Positions 17,002-25,743 of a DNA stretch of 64,000 nucleotides are shown here, in pieces. Source of the stretch: Candidatus Latescibacterota bacterium (GTDB lineage: Bacteria > Latescibacterota > UBA2968 > GCA-2709665); NCBI GenBank assembly GCA_965219995.1, contig CBDCOX010000002.1, positions 2,172,918 to 2,236,917 on the forward strand. Reading direction: 5' to 3'. A program made the position numbers and the translations under genes. The notes under the pieces were generated by a model, which was not told the origin of the DNA, did no database searches, and saw only the letters and a program-made list of their open reading frames with translations. Each line of letters begins with the position of its first letter. The stretch's first letter is position 1.

Positions 17002-19467
17002 ATGGGATACGTTCTGGCATTCGCGATGGCGTTTGTCCTGGGTGCGGCCGGCGAAACCCTTGCCGCGTCGACCCACGCCGCCCGGACGCCGGTTGAAGCC
17101 CTTTACAGCGAGGGCATGCGGCTCCTCGAGGCAGGAGAGCCGGACGCCGCGCTGATGAAATTCACGGAAGCGCTGGCTGTCGACAAAAAGCATGCGCCCT
17201 CGCTGGTGGGCGTGGGTCACGTGTATTTGACGCGCGGCGACCTTGATGCGGCCGAAGACGCGTTTATGGATGCCAGGCGCAGGAAAAGGAAGTACGCCCC
17301 CGCGCACAACGGGTTGGGACTGGTGTACATGAAGAAGGAAAAAGGATTGCTGTGGGCAATCAAATACTTTCAGGATGCAATTTCCGTGGACCGGACCTTC
17401 GCAAAGGCCTATTACAATCTGGCGCGCGCCTATCGGCAGATCGAAGACACCAAGGAACTGACGACGTACCGGCGGCTCTCCAGAATCGTCCCGGACCACG
17501 CGGACGTGTGGTTCCAGATCGGACGCATCCTGAAAAACGGGGAATCGGGAGAATACGTCCAGCCGGAGAAGGCCGAGGCCGCCTTCCGCAGACAGCTGCA
17601 GATCAATCCGGACCACCCGCAATCGAGACTGAGCCTGGGAGAGGTATTGACGCAACAGGAAAGAGCCGAAGAGGCAGTCCCGATTCTGATGCCCCTTGCG
17701 GAATCGCCGAATCCCCATCAGCGCCAGTCGCTCGTGGCGCTCGCCGAAGCCTTTCTCAAGCAACGTGAATACGACCGTGCCGACGTACTGTTCGACCGGT
17801 ATCTCGAAGGCCTTGCGGCGGACACCCAGGCCGTGTATTACGACTTGCGCAACGTGGCGGAAGAAGGGGAGCGGGAGCCTTTCGCGGCCGCGTCCGCTGC
17901 GGAGTGGAAAGCGCTGGCGGAGACGTACTGGGCGGGAAGAGACCCGGCCCCGGCGACGGCCGCGAACGAGCGAAAACTGGAACACTACCGCCGCGTGGCC
18001 TACTCGCTGGAACATTTCAGCGCGGACCGGTTCCCGTGGGACGTGCGCGGCGACGTGTACGTCCGGTACGGCCGTCCGGCCCATGTAAGCAGTTCCGAAA
18101 ATATCCGGTTCGAGACAGATGCGAAGGCGATCCGGATCAAGGAACGGATCGCGCTCCAGGCCGGCGATGCGGTATCCCACATGCTCAGGGTGCGCAACAG
18201 CGAAACGACGTCCCACGGTGGAAGGGTCGGGGACCTGGGCGAGGCCAGTGTTCTGGGGCCCGTCAGCGAGAGTTTGCGCGAATCGGAGGAGGCGGGCGTC
18301 ACCAGGACGGCGACCGGCAGCTACAGGGCGGTCCCGTTGAGCGACGGATCCGGGGACCTCTCCGGCAAGTTGCGTATGACGTCCGGCATTCTGGGCTGGC
18401 CCGTCTATCCGATTTTCGGAAAGGTCTGGGAATACTGGATTTATACGGATGTAGGACCCGGAATCGAGATTACGTTCACCCGAACGCTGGGTAAGACGTC
18501 TTTCAAGTTCGCGGATATGCCGAGCGGGAAGGGGGGCCACTCGCGCCACCTCTATACGTGGCAGCGTATGAACCCGAAATTGCAACTCGATCACGTGGGT
18601 CGCCGCGTGCCCGCACTCTACCGGCCCTCGTTCGCTACGGGACCGCTGGCCTATTTCTTCGACTCCGCGGGCTTCAAGGGGGCGCAGGACGCCTCGAATC
18701 TTGAGATATACTACGGGATTCCGGTTTGGGAACTGTCCTTCTCGCCGGGGACCGACAATAAACCGACGTCCAGACTGAAAAAGGGCGTGGCGCTTTACAA
18801 CGATACCAACGAGCGGGTGCTAAGGAGAGACGGGGAGTTCGAGCTGTTTTCGGAGGCGGCGGGGGATACGGCCCGGCAAGCGTACGTGCCGGAGATGTTC
18901 CGGGTTGCTGCGCCGCCCGGCAGATACCGGATGTCCGTCCAGGTCCTCGAAATCGACACGGGCAGATCGCAGGTCTACGAGCAGCAGGTCGTGCTGCCGG
19001 CGTATCCCCGCGGGTATCTAAGGCTGAGCGGCATTCAGCTCGCCGCGACTATCCGACCCGCGGAGGGAGATCGATTCCGCAAGGGAGACATCCAGGTCGT
19101 CCCCAATCCCACGCGGACGTACGAACGCGGGCAGTCGGTGTACATATACTATGAAGTCTACAATCTGAAGCGTGACGAGTTCGGAACCACGCGGTACCGG
19201 GTGTCCTACGAAATGCGATCGGCGCTCAGCGAGTCGATTGGCGCCCGTATACTGGGTGGAATCGGGAGGTTGCTGGCCGTCCGACAGAACACCCGCGCGT
19301 CGATTTCGATCGAGTATGCCCATATTGGCGACCGTGAGGACGACCAGGGGTACGTGGAGCTGGACATGGCCGCATCCGACCCGGGTGAAAAAATCCTGAC
19401 GGTGACCGTATCGGACCTGGTGTCCGGACAGAAGACGGCGGGAACCACAAGATTGACCATCCGATAG
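17002..19467 (+). CDS. secreted TPR-repeat protein with C-terminal GWxTD-like domain
   Basis: Signal peptide MGYVLAFAMAFVLGAAGETLAAS (ATG 17002 with AAGGAA RBS); multiple TPR repeats; PWDVRGDVYVRYGRP motif resembling the GWxTDRGxxYIxYG core of GWxTD domains (tentative). Confidence 0.7.
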   Translation: MGYVLAFAMAFVLGAAGETLAASTHAARTPVEALYSEGMRLLEAGEPDAALMKFTEALAVDKKHAPSLVGVGHVYLTRGDLDAAEDAFMDARRRKRKYAPAHNGLGLVYMKKEKGLLWAIKYFQDAISVDRTFAKAYYNLARAYRQIEDTKELTTYRRLSRIVPDHADVWFQIGRILKNGESGEYVQPEKAEAAFRRQLQINPDHPQSRLSLGEVLTQQERAEEAVPILMPLAESPNPHQRQSLVALAEAFLKQREYDRADVLFDRYLEGLAADTQAVYYDLRNVAEEGEREPFAAASAAEWKALAETYWAGRDPAPATAANERKLEHYRRVAYSLEHFSADRFPWDVRGDVYVRYGRPAHVSSSENIRFETDAKAIRIKERIALQAGDAVSHMLRVRNSETTSHGGRVGDLGEASVLGPVSESLRESEEAGVTRTATGSYRAVPLSDGSGDLSGKLRMTSGILGWPVYPIFGKVWEYWIYTDVGPGIEITFTRTLGKTSFKFADMPSGKGGHSRHLYTWQRMNPKLQLDHVGRRVPALYRPSFATGPLAYFFDSAGFKGAQDASNLEIYYGIPVWELSFSPGTDNKPTSRLKKGVALYNDTNERVLRRDGEFELFSEAAGDTARQAYVPEMFRVAAPPGRYRMSVQVLEIDTGRSQVYEQQVVLPAYPRGYLRLSGIQLAATIRPAEGDRFRKGDIQVVPNPTRTYERGQSVYIYYEVYNLKRDEFGTTRYRVSYEMRSALSESIGARILGGIGRLLAVRQNTRASISIEYAHIGDREDDQGYVELDMAASDPGEKILTVTVSDLVSGQKTAGTTRLTIR

Positions 19468-19548
19468 AATCGTCAGCCCAGGGTCGCGCCAGACACAAAG
19501 GTGCGCCGAGGGCAAGACGCCCTCGCTCCCGGGGTAGCGGGATGACTT

Positions 19549-21834
19549 ATGGAAAGAAACCCTTCAATCTGGCTCGCCCTGGCATTTGTCCTGGGTGCCT
19601 GTTCCGGGGAAGAGGCCGGGGTAACGCTATCCGGCGCCGTGGCTCGCCCCGGGAAGTACGCGCACCGGACCGGGTGGGCCGTGGCCGATTACGTAAAGGC
19701 GGCCGGCGGATACACGCGGGAAGCCGTCGTGAACGAAGGAAGGTTGATCCGGGTAATTCGGGACAGCGTGACGAACGAAGAGACGAACCGGTCGTGGTGG
19801 CCGCTGGTATCGTCGCCCCGGGTCGTCGCCGGGGACCTGATTCTCGTCCCGTTGCGGACCTACACGGTGCGGATGGATAGCGTACGGGCGATTGAAGACC
19901 TGTCCATTCAATGGCAGGAAAGAGAATACCGGGTTCCGAGAGGCTGGATGGCAGAAGGTCGGACCAGCGCGGGCGTGATGGTTGTATCGATAATCGGCGT
20001 CGGCACGGTTTTTGGTAACGGGGACGGCGAAGCCATGGGCAGGTTTCAGTACCTCTATCTGCATCTGCATCCCGAAGTGTTTCACGAACTTGCCTTGCCC
20101 GGGGGAAGCCCGGTGAGCAACCGGCTGGTTCTGGAGGACGCCCGCGGAGTCCACCAGAGTGTCTTCCCCCGACTGCGGCATCGCTCCGGCGAGCGGGCCG
20201 AAATGCCGCCGGAGGGGCACATGCGGGTTCTGGCGGGCGTATGGCCGAAGCCCCGAAGCAAGGCGTCGCCCGGTTCCGGCATGCGGAAACGGAAATACAA
20301 GGACGGGCGTGAGTGGACCACGTTTCCCGACGGCAGGCAACGAACGGTGTTCCCGCACGGACGCGTGGAAGTGGAATTTGCCGACGGATCGCGCAAAACA
20401 CACCACCCTGATGGCGGTGTCGAGTCAACGGATGCGGGGGGAAACGTGCGGGTCACCCATCCCGATGGAAGGATCTCAGCAACGTTCGCCGACGGCAACC
20501 GGGAAGAGCGGCTGATCGACGGACGGATCGTGCAACATTTCAAGACCGGAACGCGGCGGACGATTTTTCCGGGCGGCACGGAGAAGACGCAATTTGCGGA
20601 CGGCACCGTGCACGTCAAACGCAGAGACGGAACCGTGGAAATGTCCTTCCCCGAGGGCGCGAGCGAAACGCGGCATGCCGACGGCCGAATCACAGCGGTC
20701 ACCCGCGACGGGCATCGGGTGACGATATTTCCGAACGGCCGGCGGCTGACCCGGGCCGCAGACGGGACGGTGCTCGAGGAGTTCGCGGACGGGAGGCGCG
20801 TGCAGTCGGGCCCGGACGGCGAGCGGGTGGAGGTGTTTATAGACGGGACCCGTCGAACGGCCTTGAAAAACGGCGCTACGGTTATTGAGAAACCCGACGG
20901 CAGCCGGGTCGAGCGCCATGCGGACGGGACGATCATAGAGATTACTCCGGATGGTCGAAGGGTGCAAACCGGCGTCGACGGAATCCGGTTGGAGACGCGT
21001 CCCGATGGGACGGAGATACAGACCGATACGGCAGGGAACCGGCTGGAGACATTTCCGGATGGTCGGCGCACACAGACGGACGTCGAAGGCAATCGCGTTG
21101 AGGAATTTCCGGACGGCATGCGGATCAAGACGTTCGCCAATGCCTACAGGTACTGGGGACCGTTACGGGACGATCTGGCGGCGGTCGACGAAACACCCGG
21201 GCAATTGGCGCCAGGAGGTCGTTTGCGTGTGTCCGGCGCCGTACATTCCGATCCGGAGGACCTGATGGCGGCGGTCTTTCGGCTTCCCGACGGAAGCGTT
21301 TTCGAAATTCCGGCCGAACGGGTAAACGGGCGTTTCTCCTGTGTGTTTCCCGAAAGCGTCTTCACCGCGCCCGGACATTACCGGCTACAGGTTCGGGCGC
21401 AACGTACCGGCGGATCCGTGGTGATGGCCGACCGGGCGCTGGTCGTGGGGAATCCGCCGCCGCTCGAGAAGATGGTGCTCGCGGTCATGCCATTTCGTGG
21501 CGCGGACGATGCCCGAGACCGGTTTAAAAAAATGGTTCACGGGGTACGCAGCCGCCTCGGATTGCCGGAACTGGATACCGACGCCCGGCTGGCCGAAATC
21601 GCCGGCGCGAAAATATGGGACGTCATGGCCAGCGGCGCCTTCGCGTCCGAGCCCGCCCACGCAGGCGAGGAAAGTTTCGCCCGGGGTCCGTCCGTTGAAG
21701 AGGTTTTTACGTTCCTGATGCTGAGCGGGGCTCACAGAAAGGGCATTCTGAATGAGGAATGGACGCGCTGGGGCGTGGCCGTACAGCAGGATGGAGACGA
21801 CGTCCTTGTGGTGATGGCTTTCGATACCGGGTAG
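19549..21834 (+). CDS. lipoprotein with SLBB domain, ~30 tandem TCP10/G-box-like repeats and C-terminal CAP (SCP/YkwD-like) domain
   Basis: Lipobox LGAC after MERNPSIWLALAFV; GAVARPGKYAHRTGWAVADYVKAAGGYT SLBB-like; repeats FPDGxxxxxFADGxxxx...; C-terminal ...HRKGILNEEWTRWGVAVQQDGDDVLVVMAF CAP-like. Confidence 0.75.
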   Translation: MERNPSIWLALAFVLGACSGEEAGVTLSGAVARPGKYAHRTGWAVADYVKAAGGYTREAVVNEGRLIRVIRDSVTNEETNRSWWPLVSSPRVVAGDLILVPLRTYTVRMDSVRAIEDLSIQWQEREYRVPRGWMAEGRTSAGVMVVSIIGVGTVFGNGDGEAMGRFQYLYLHLHPEVFHELALPGGSPVSNRLVLEDARGVHQSVFPRLRHRSGERAEMPPEGHMRVLAGVWPKPRSKASPGSGMRKRKYKDGREWTTFPDGRQRTVFPHGRVEVEFADGSRKTHHPDGGVESTDAGGNVRVTHPDGRISATFADGNREERLIDGRIVQHFKTGTRRTIFPGGTEKTQFADGTVHVKRRDGTVEMSFPEGASETRHADGRITAVTRDGHRVTIFPNGRRLTRAADGTVLEEFADGRRVQSGPDGERVEVFIDGTRRTALKNGATVIEKPDGSRVERHADGTIIEITPDGRRVQTGVDGIRLETRPDGTEIQTDTAGNRLETFPDGRRTQTDVEGNRVEEFPDGMRIKTFANAYRYWGPLRDDLAAVDETPGQLAPGGRLRVSGAVHSDPEDLMAAVFRLPDGSVFEIPAERVNGRFSCVFPESVFTAPGHYRLQVRAQRTGGSVVMADRALVVGNPPPLEKMVLAVMPFRGADDARDRFKKMVHGVRSRLGLPELDTDARLAEIAGAKIWDVMASGAFASEPAHAGEESFARGPSVEEVFTFLMLSGAHRKGILNEEWTRWGVAVQQDGDDVLVVMAFDTG
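20280..21130 (+). repeat. in-frame tandem array of ~27-nt (9-codon) imperfect repeats encoding xDGxxxxxF units
   Basis: Read directly from translation: TFPDGRQRTVFPHGRVEVEFADGSRKTHHPDGG...ETFPDGRRTQTDVEGNRVEEFPDGMRIKTF. Confidence 0.6.
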
Positions 21835-21860
21835 GCCGCGTGAAACGCGGATACGGACGT

Positions 21861-21893
21861 GCAAAGGCCGCCGGATTTCCGGCGGCCTTTGCC
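21861..21893. terminator. bidirectional rho-independent terminator between convergent genes
   Basis: Perfect inverted repeat gcaaaggccgccgga tt tccggcggcctttgc. Confidence 0.6.
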
Positions 21894-21938
21894 ATTCGAA
21901 TCCATCACTACCCCAGCCATGCGACCGGTGCGGAACTG

Positions 21939-23021
21939 CTATTTGCGCCCGTATTGCAGAATGAAATCTTCCACCATCTCCCGGGCCTCGTCGTCGCTGA
22001 ACTGCTCGGGCGGGGTCTTCATAAAGTAGGATGAAGGACCCATCAGTGGTCCCTTGAGGCCGTGTTCGAGGCCAAGTTTGCAGCAACGGACCGCGTCGAT
22101 AACCACCCCCGCGGAATTGGGCGAATCCCAGACTTCGAGTTTCAATTCAAGATTGAGCGGAACGCCGCCGAAGGTTTCGCCTTCCATCCGGATGTGGCAC
22201 CACTTCCTGTCTTCCAGCCACGGCACATGATCGCTGGGGCCGACGTGAACGTTCGCCTCGCCCAGGTCGTAGTCGAGCTGGGACGTAACGGCGTTGGTCT
22301 TGCTGATCTTTTTGGATTCCAGCCTCGATCGTTCCAGCATGTTGTAGAAGTCGGTATTCCCGCCAAAGTTCAACTGGTAGGTGCGGGTAAGCTTAACGCC
22401 TCGTTCGCGAAAGAGCCGGGTGAGAACCCGGTGGGCGATGGTTGCCCCGACCTGCGATTTGATATCGTCTCCAATGATGGGCAGGCCGCGTTTTTCGAAG
22501 CGCTCGGGCCAGTGCCCCGCGCTCGCAATAAACACGGGCACACAGTTGACGAAACCACATCCGGCTTGAAGAACCTGCTCGACGTACCACTTCGTGGCCT
22601 CTTCGCTGCCTACCGGCAGATAGTTGACAACGACATCGGTTCCGGTGGCTTTGAGGACCTCTGCCACGTCCACGGTACTCCCGTCGGCCTTTTCGATGAC
22701 TTCGCTGAGATATCGGCCGAGACCGTCGTGGGTCATGCCGCGCTGAACGGGCACGTCCAGATGGGGAACGTCCGAAAACCTGACCGTATTATTCGGCTCG
22801 GTGAAGATTGCCTCGCTGAGGTCCTTTCCGACCTTGTTCCGGTCGATATCGAACGCGGCGGAGAATTCAATGTCGCTGATGTGATAGCCGCCCAGTTCGG
22901 GATGCATCAGACCGGGAATGAAGCTGTCTTCAGATGCGTCTCTGTAATACCGGACACCCTGAACGAGAGAAGATGCGCAGTTGCCGACGCCGACGATGGC
23001 AACCCGGACTTTTCTGGCCAT
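21939..23021 (-). CDS. ino1: myo-inositol-1-phosphate (inositol-3-phosphate) synthase, bacterial/archaeal type
   Basis: [22 protein letters not shown]... Rossmann start and overall ~360-aa MIPS architecture; AAAGGAG RBS. Confidence 0.8.
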   Translation of the reverse strand: MARKVRVAIVGVGNCASSLVQGVRYYRDASEDSFIPGLMHPELGGYHISDIEFSAAFDIDRNKVGKDLSEAIFTEPNNTVRFSDVPHLDVPVQRGMTHDGLGRYLSEVIEKADGSTVDVAEVLKATGTDVVVNYLPVGSEEATKWYVEQVLQAGCGFVNCVPVFIASAGHWPERFEKRGLPIIGDDIKSQVGATIAHRVLTRLFRERGVKLTRTYQLNFGGNTDFYNMLERSRLESKKISKTNAVTSQLDYDLGEANVHVGPSDHVPWLEDRKWCHIRMEGETFGGVPLNLELKLEVWDSPNSAGVVIDAVRCCKLGLEHGLKGPLMGPSSYFMKTPPEQFSDDEAREMVEDFILQYGRK

Positions 23022-23125
23022 TGGGAAACTCCTTTAAAGGGTAATGTTCTGCTGTTCTCGACATGAGCCGGCTGAAAAGATAGGTACTTTTATGTATTTG
23101 ACAAATGAATAATTGCTATATTATT

Positions 23126-23142
23126 TATAGAAAATTTCTATA
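23126..23142. promoter_or_regulatory. perfect 17-bp palindrome TATAGAAA-A-TTTCTATA, candidate operator upstream of ino1
   Basis: Seen directly; ~105 bp upstream of ino1 start in AT-rich divergent region. Confidence 0.35.
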
Positions 23143-23158
23143 AATGAAACACACTAAA

Positions 23159-23535
23159 GGCGGTGAGACGTAAGACGGGAGACGTGAGATTAAGTGAGTG
23201 CTCTATGGTTTTCCTGATCGCAACGAGAAGGGTGCAAAATTCGGCACTGGTTAAGACAAAAAGCTGTATGTCAATCCAGGGTCTTGGTCGACGAGATTCA
23301 ACCTCGTGTTTCGGCCCTGTACCTCATTTACTTCACGCCGTATAGTGTGATAAGGTCTTTCATCTACCGTCTACCCTCTTACGTCTCACCGGTTTTATTG
23401 CCGGTTTCATTTCTTGCCAGAGGCATAAAGGACGAACCAATCGGGCACGGACGTCATCTACCGTCTAACGTCTACCCTCTCACCGCTTTCAGGTTTTCAT
23501 TCTACCCGCTTACGTCTCACCGGTCTTGTTGCCTG
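23159..23535. repeat. MITE-like repeat-rich low-GC insertion in ino1/lysR intergenic region
   Basis: ggtgagacgtaagacgg (23162) inverted relative to cttacgtctcaccgg copies at ~23387 and ~23507; direct repeats catctaccgtcta...cttacgtctcaccggt(c/t)tt(a/g)ttgcc at 23361-23410 and 23454-23535. Confidence 0.45.
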
Positions 23536-23557
23536 GCTGTCCCTACAGGAGGCGTTT

Positions 23558-24481
23558 ATGAACCTGCAACACCTGAAGTATTTCCTTGCGGTTGCCCGCG
23601 AGGGCAGTTTCAGCCGGGCCGCGCGAGAACTGCACGTGACGCAGCCTACCGTCAGCAGCGGCGTGGCCGACCTGGAGACGGCACTTGGCGTGCGACTGTT
23701 CAACCGGGGCAACCGGCACGTCGGACTGACGATGGAGGGAAGGACGCTTTCGAATTACGGAATGCAGATTCAGGACCTGGTGGAGTCGACCGAAGACCGA
23801 CTCAGGCGACGGGACGTTCTGCCGGGCGAAGGATTTCAGTTCGGGGCGATCGACGCCGCCGTTACCTATCTGCTGCCTGACATTCTGAAAGCGTATATGC
23901 GGGACTTTCCCAACGTGGCGCTCTCGGTCCAGGTGGCCCCCTCACGGTACCTCGTGGACGATCTGCTACTGAACCGCTCCGAATTCGCGGTGATTTCGTT
24001 GCCGTTCGACCATCCGAAACTGGAAACGGTTTCCATACATCGAGACTCCATGCCCCTGGTGACAGGGTCCTCACACAGGTTTTCGCAACGTTCGCCCGTG
24101 GTGCTGGAAGACGTTGCAAAGGAGCCGCTGATTCTGTTTCACGCCGACTCCGTGTCCAGAAAAATCGTAGACGAGCGGTTTGCGGAGGCGGGCGTGTCAC
24201 CCGGGGTGGTTATGGAAATGCGCAGCCCCGAGGCCATGCGAAAACTGGTTGAGGCGGGCGTCGGGATCTCGTTTCTGCCTCATCTCACGGTGCGGGATTC
24301 GCTGGAGTCCGGGGCGCTGGTGACCGTACCTGTGAAGGGCGTGCGATTCGGCCGTGAGATAGGCGTGGCCTGGCGGGAGGGGCGGTATTTCGGACCCGCG
24401 ATCCGGCACCTGCTGGACGCCGTATTCGAACGGTTCGGGGTGACAGCGGACGGAATGCAGGGCGACGTGGCGGAGGTCTAG
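23558..24481 (+). CDS. LysR-family transcriptional regulator
   Basis: N-terminal HTH MNLQHLKYFLAVAREGSFSRAARELHVTQPTVS plus LysR substrate-binding domain. Confidence 0.85.
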   Translation: MNLQHLKYFLAVAREGSFSRAARELHVTQPTVSSGVADLETALGVRLFNRGNRHVGLTMEGRTLSNYGMQIQDLVESTEDRLRRRDVLPGEGFQFGAIDAAVTYLLPDILKAYMRDFPNVALSVQVAPSRYLVDDLLLNRSEFAVISLPFDHPKLETVSIHRDSMPLVTGSSHRFSQRSPVVLEDVAKEPLILFHADSVSRKIVDERFAEAGVSPGVVMEMRSPEAMRKLVEAGVGISFLPHLTVRDSLESGALVTVPVKGVRFGREIGVAWREGRYFGPAIRHLLDAVFERFGVTADGMQGDVAEV

Positions 24482-25650
24482 GATTTCTCCGTCGTTACGT
24501 CTGTCGCCTTCAGCGCCTGATCGATCAGTGGGGGCAGGTCGAGTTTCGGCTCGATTTCATGGACCGTGTTCAGATCGGCGCGTGTCTCCGGGTGTTTGGG
24601 CACGAAGACCGTACAACAGTCTTCATAGGGCTCGATTGAAATGTCGAAAGTGCCGATGCGGCGGGCAAGGTCGATGATTTCCTCTTTGTTTTCGCCGGAA
24701 AGCGGGCGCAGCACGGGAAGTGCCGTCACTTCCTCGATGGCGCGCATGTTTGACAGGGTCTGCGAGGCGACCTGACCCACGCTCTCGCCCGTGACGAGGG
24801 CCTGCGCGCCTTCCCGCTCGGCGATGGCTTCGGCTATGCGCAGCATGGCCCTGCGATAGAGGATTACGCGGTACCCGGGCGGCGCGTGGGACATTACCCG
24901 CCGCTGAATCTCTACGAACGGTACCAGATACAGCGTGGACCGGTACTGGTACCGCGTCAGCACGCGGACGAGTTCCTCGGTATTGCGCTGCGAGCTTCGG
25001 TTGGTATACGGCTGGCTGTGAAAGTGTACGAACGAAAGCCGAACGCCGCGCTTCATTGTCTTGTATGAAGCGACCGGCGAGTCGATGCCGGAAGACAGCA
25101 AACTGACGGCCCGCTCGTTCGCGCCAACGGGAAGACCTCCGGGGCCGGGCATTTTCCCGGTGTAGATAAAGGCGCCCTGGTAGGAAACTTCGATGTGACA
25201 TGTCAGGTCAGGGTCATCCAGCTTTACCTGTGCCCGGGAGAGGGCCTGGACGTGCGCGCCGACGTCGCGGTTGATCTCCTCGGACGTGAGGGGAAAGTTC
25301 TTGTCGCCGCGACGGGCCGCGATCTTGAACGAGCCGAAGTTCTGGCGCATGACAAGCTCCCACGCCCCTGCCCGAATGTGTTCGATGGCGTTGGGAACGC
25401 GAACGGCTTCGGAGTAGTTCGCGATCCCGAACACGTCGGCCAGACGCTCCCGGATGGCCCCGGTCTCCGCGTCCGGCGCGAGTTCCAGTACAATGCGACC
25501 TGAAAGACGGCGGACGGCTCCGCGCGGCAGACCTTTCAACGCCCGTGCGATGTTCGTGAGCAGTTGCTGTTCGAACCGGCCGCGGTTCCGGCCCTTCAGA
25601 CCGATTTCGTGGTAGTGGATGAGGACAACGCGTTCGGACACGGCGTCCAT
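24478..25650 (-). CDS. thiI: tRNA 4-thiouridine synthase / thiamine biosynthesis protein ThiI
   Basis: THUMP domain and PP-loop SGGIDSPVA; start taken at MDAVSERVVLIHYHEIGLKG (ORF open to 25701). Confidence 0.8.
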   Translation of the reverse strand: MDAVSERVVLIHYHEIGLKGRNRGRFEQQLLTNIARALKGLPRGAVRRLSGRIVLELAPDAETGAIRERLADVFGIANYSEAVRVPNAIEHIRAGAWELVMRQNFGSFKIAARRGDKNFPLTSEEINRDVGAHVQALSRAQVKLDDPDLTCHIEVSYQGAFIYTGKMPGPGGLPVGANERAVSLLSSGIDSPVASYKTMKRGVRLSFVHFHSQPYTNRSSQRNTEELVRVLTRYQYRSTLYLVPFVEIQRRVMSHAPPGYRVILYRRAMLRIAEAIAEREGAQALVTGESVGQVASQTLSNMRAIEEVTALPVLRPLSGENKEEIIDLARRIGTFDISIEPYEDCCTVFVPKHPETRADLNTVHEIEPKLDLPPLIDQALKATDVTTEKS

Positions 25651-25743
25651 GGCGTCTTTCCGGTGAGTCGATCGCGGCGAAGCGGTCAGGTGATCCGGCA
25701 TGCGGCACGCTGGCGCGGGTCCGGTTCGGCTTTCGGCCGGCCG

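Noticed and set aside
16909-18594. 561-aa ORF on minus strand
   Set aside because: It is fully antisense to the TPR/GWxTD gene, which has a signal peptide and motifs. It has no RBS and no recognisable motifs, and is a typical high-GC shadow ORF.
20280-21130. CRISPR-like periodic array
   Set aside because: The 27-nt periodicity is in-frame coding repeat of a lipoprotein, with imperfect repeats and no spacers. No cas genes are present.
19547-21140. Several 290-350-aa minus-strand ORFs
   Set aside because: They are antisense to the SLBB/TCP10-repeat lipoprotein gene. The repeat periodicity creates long open frames on the opposite strand.
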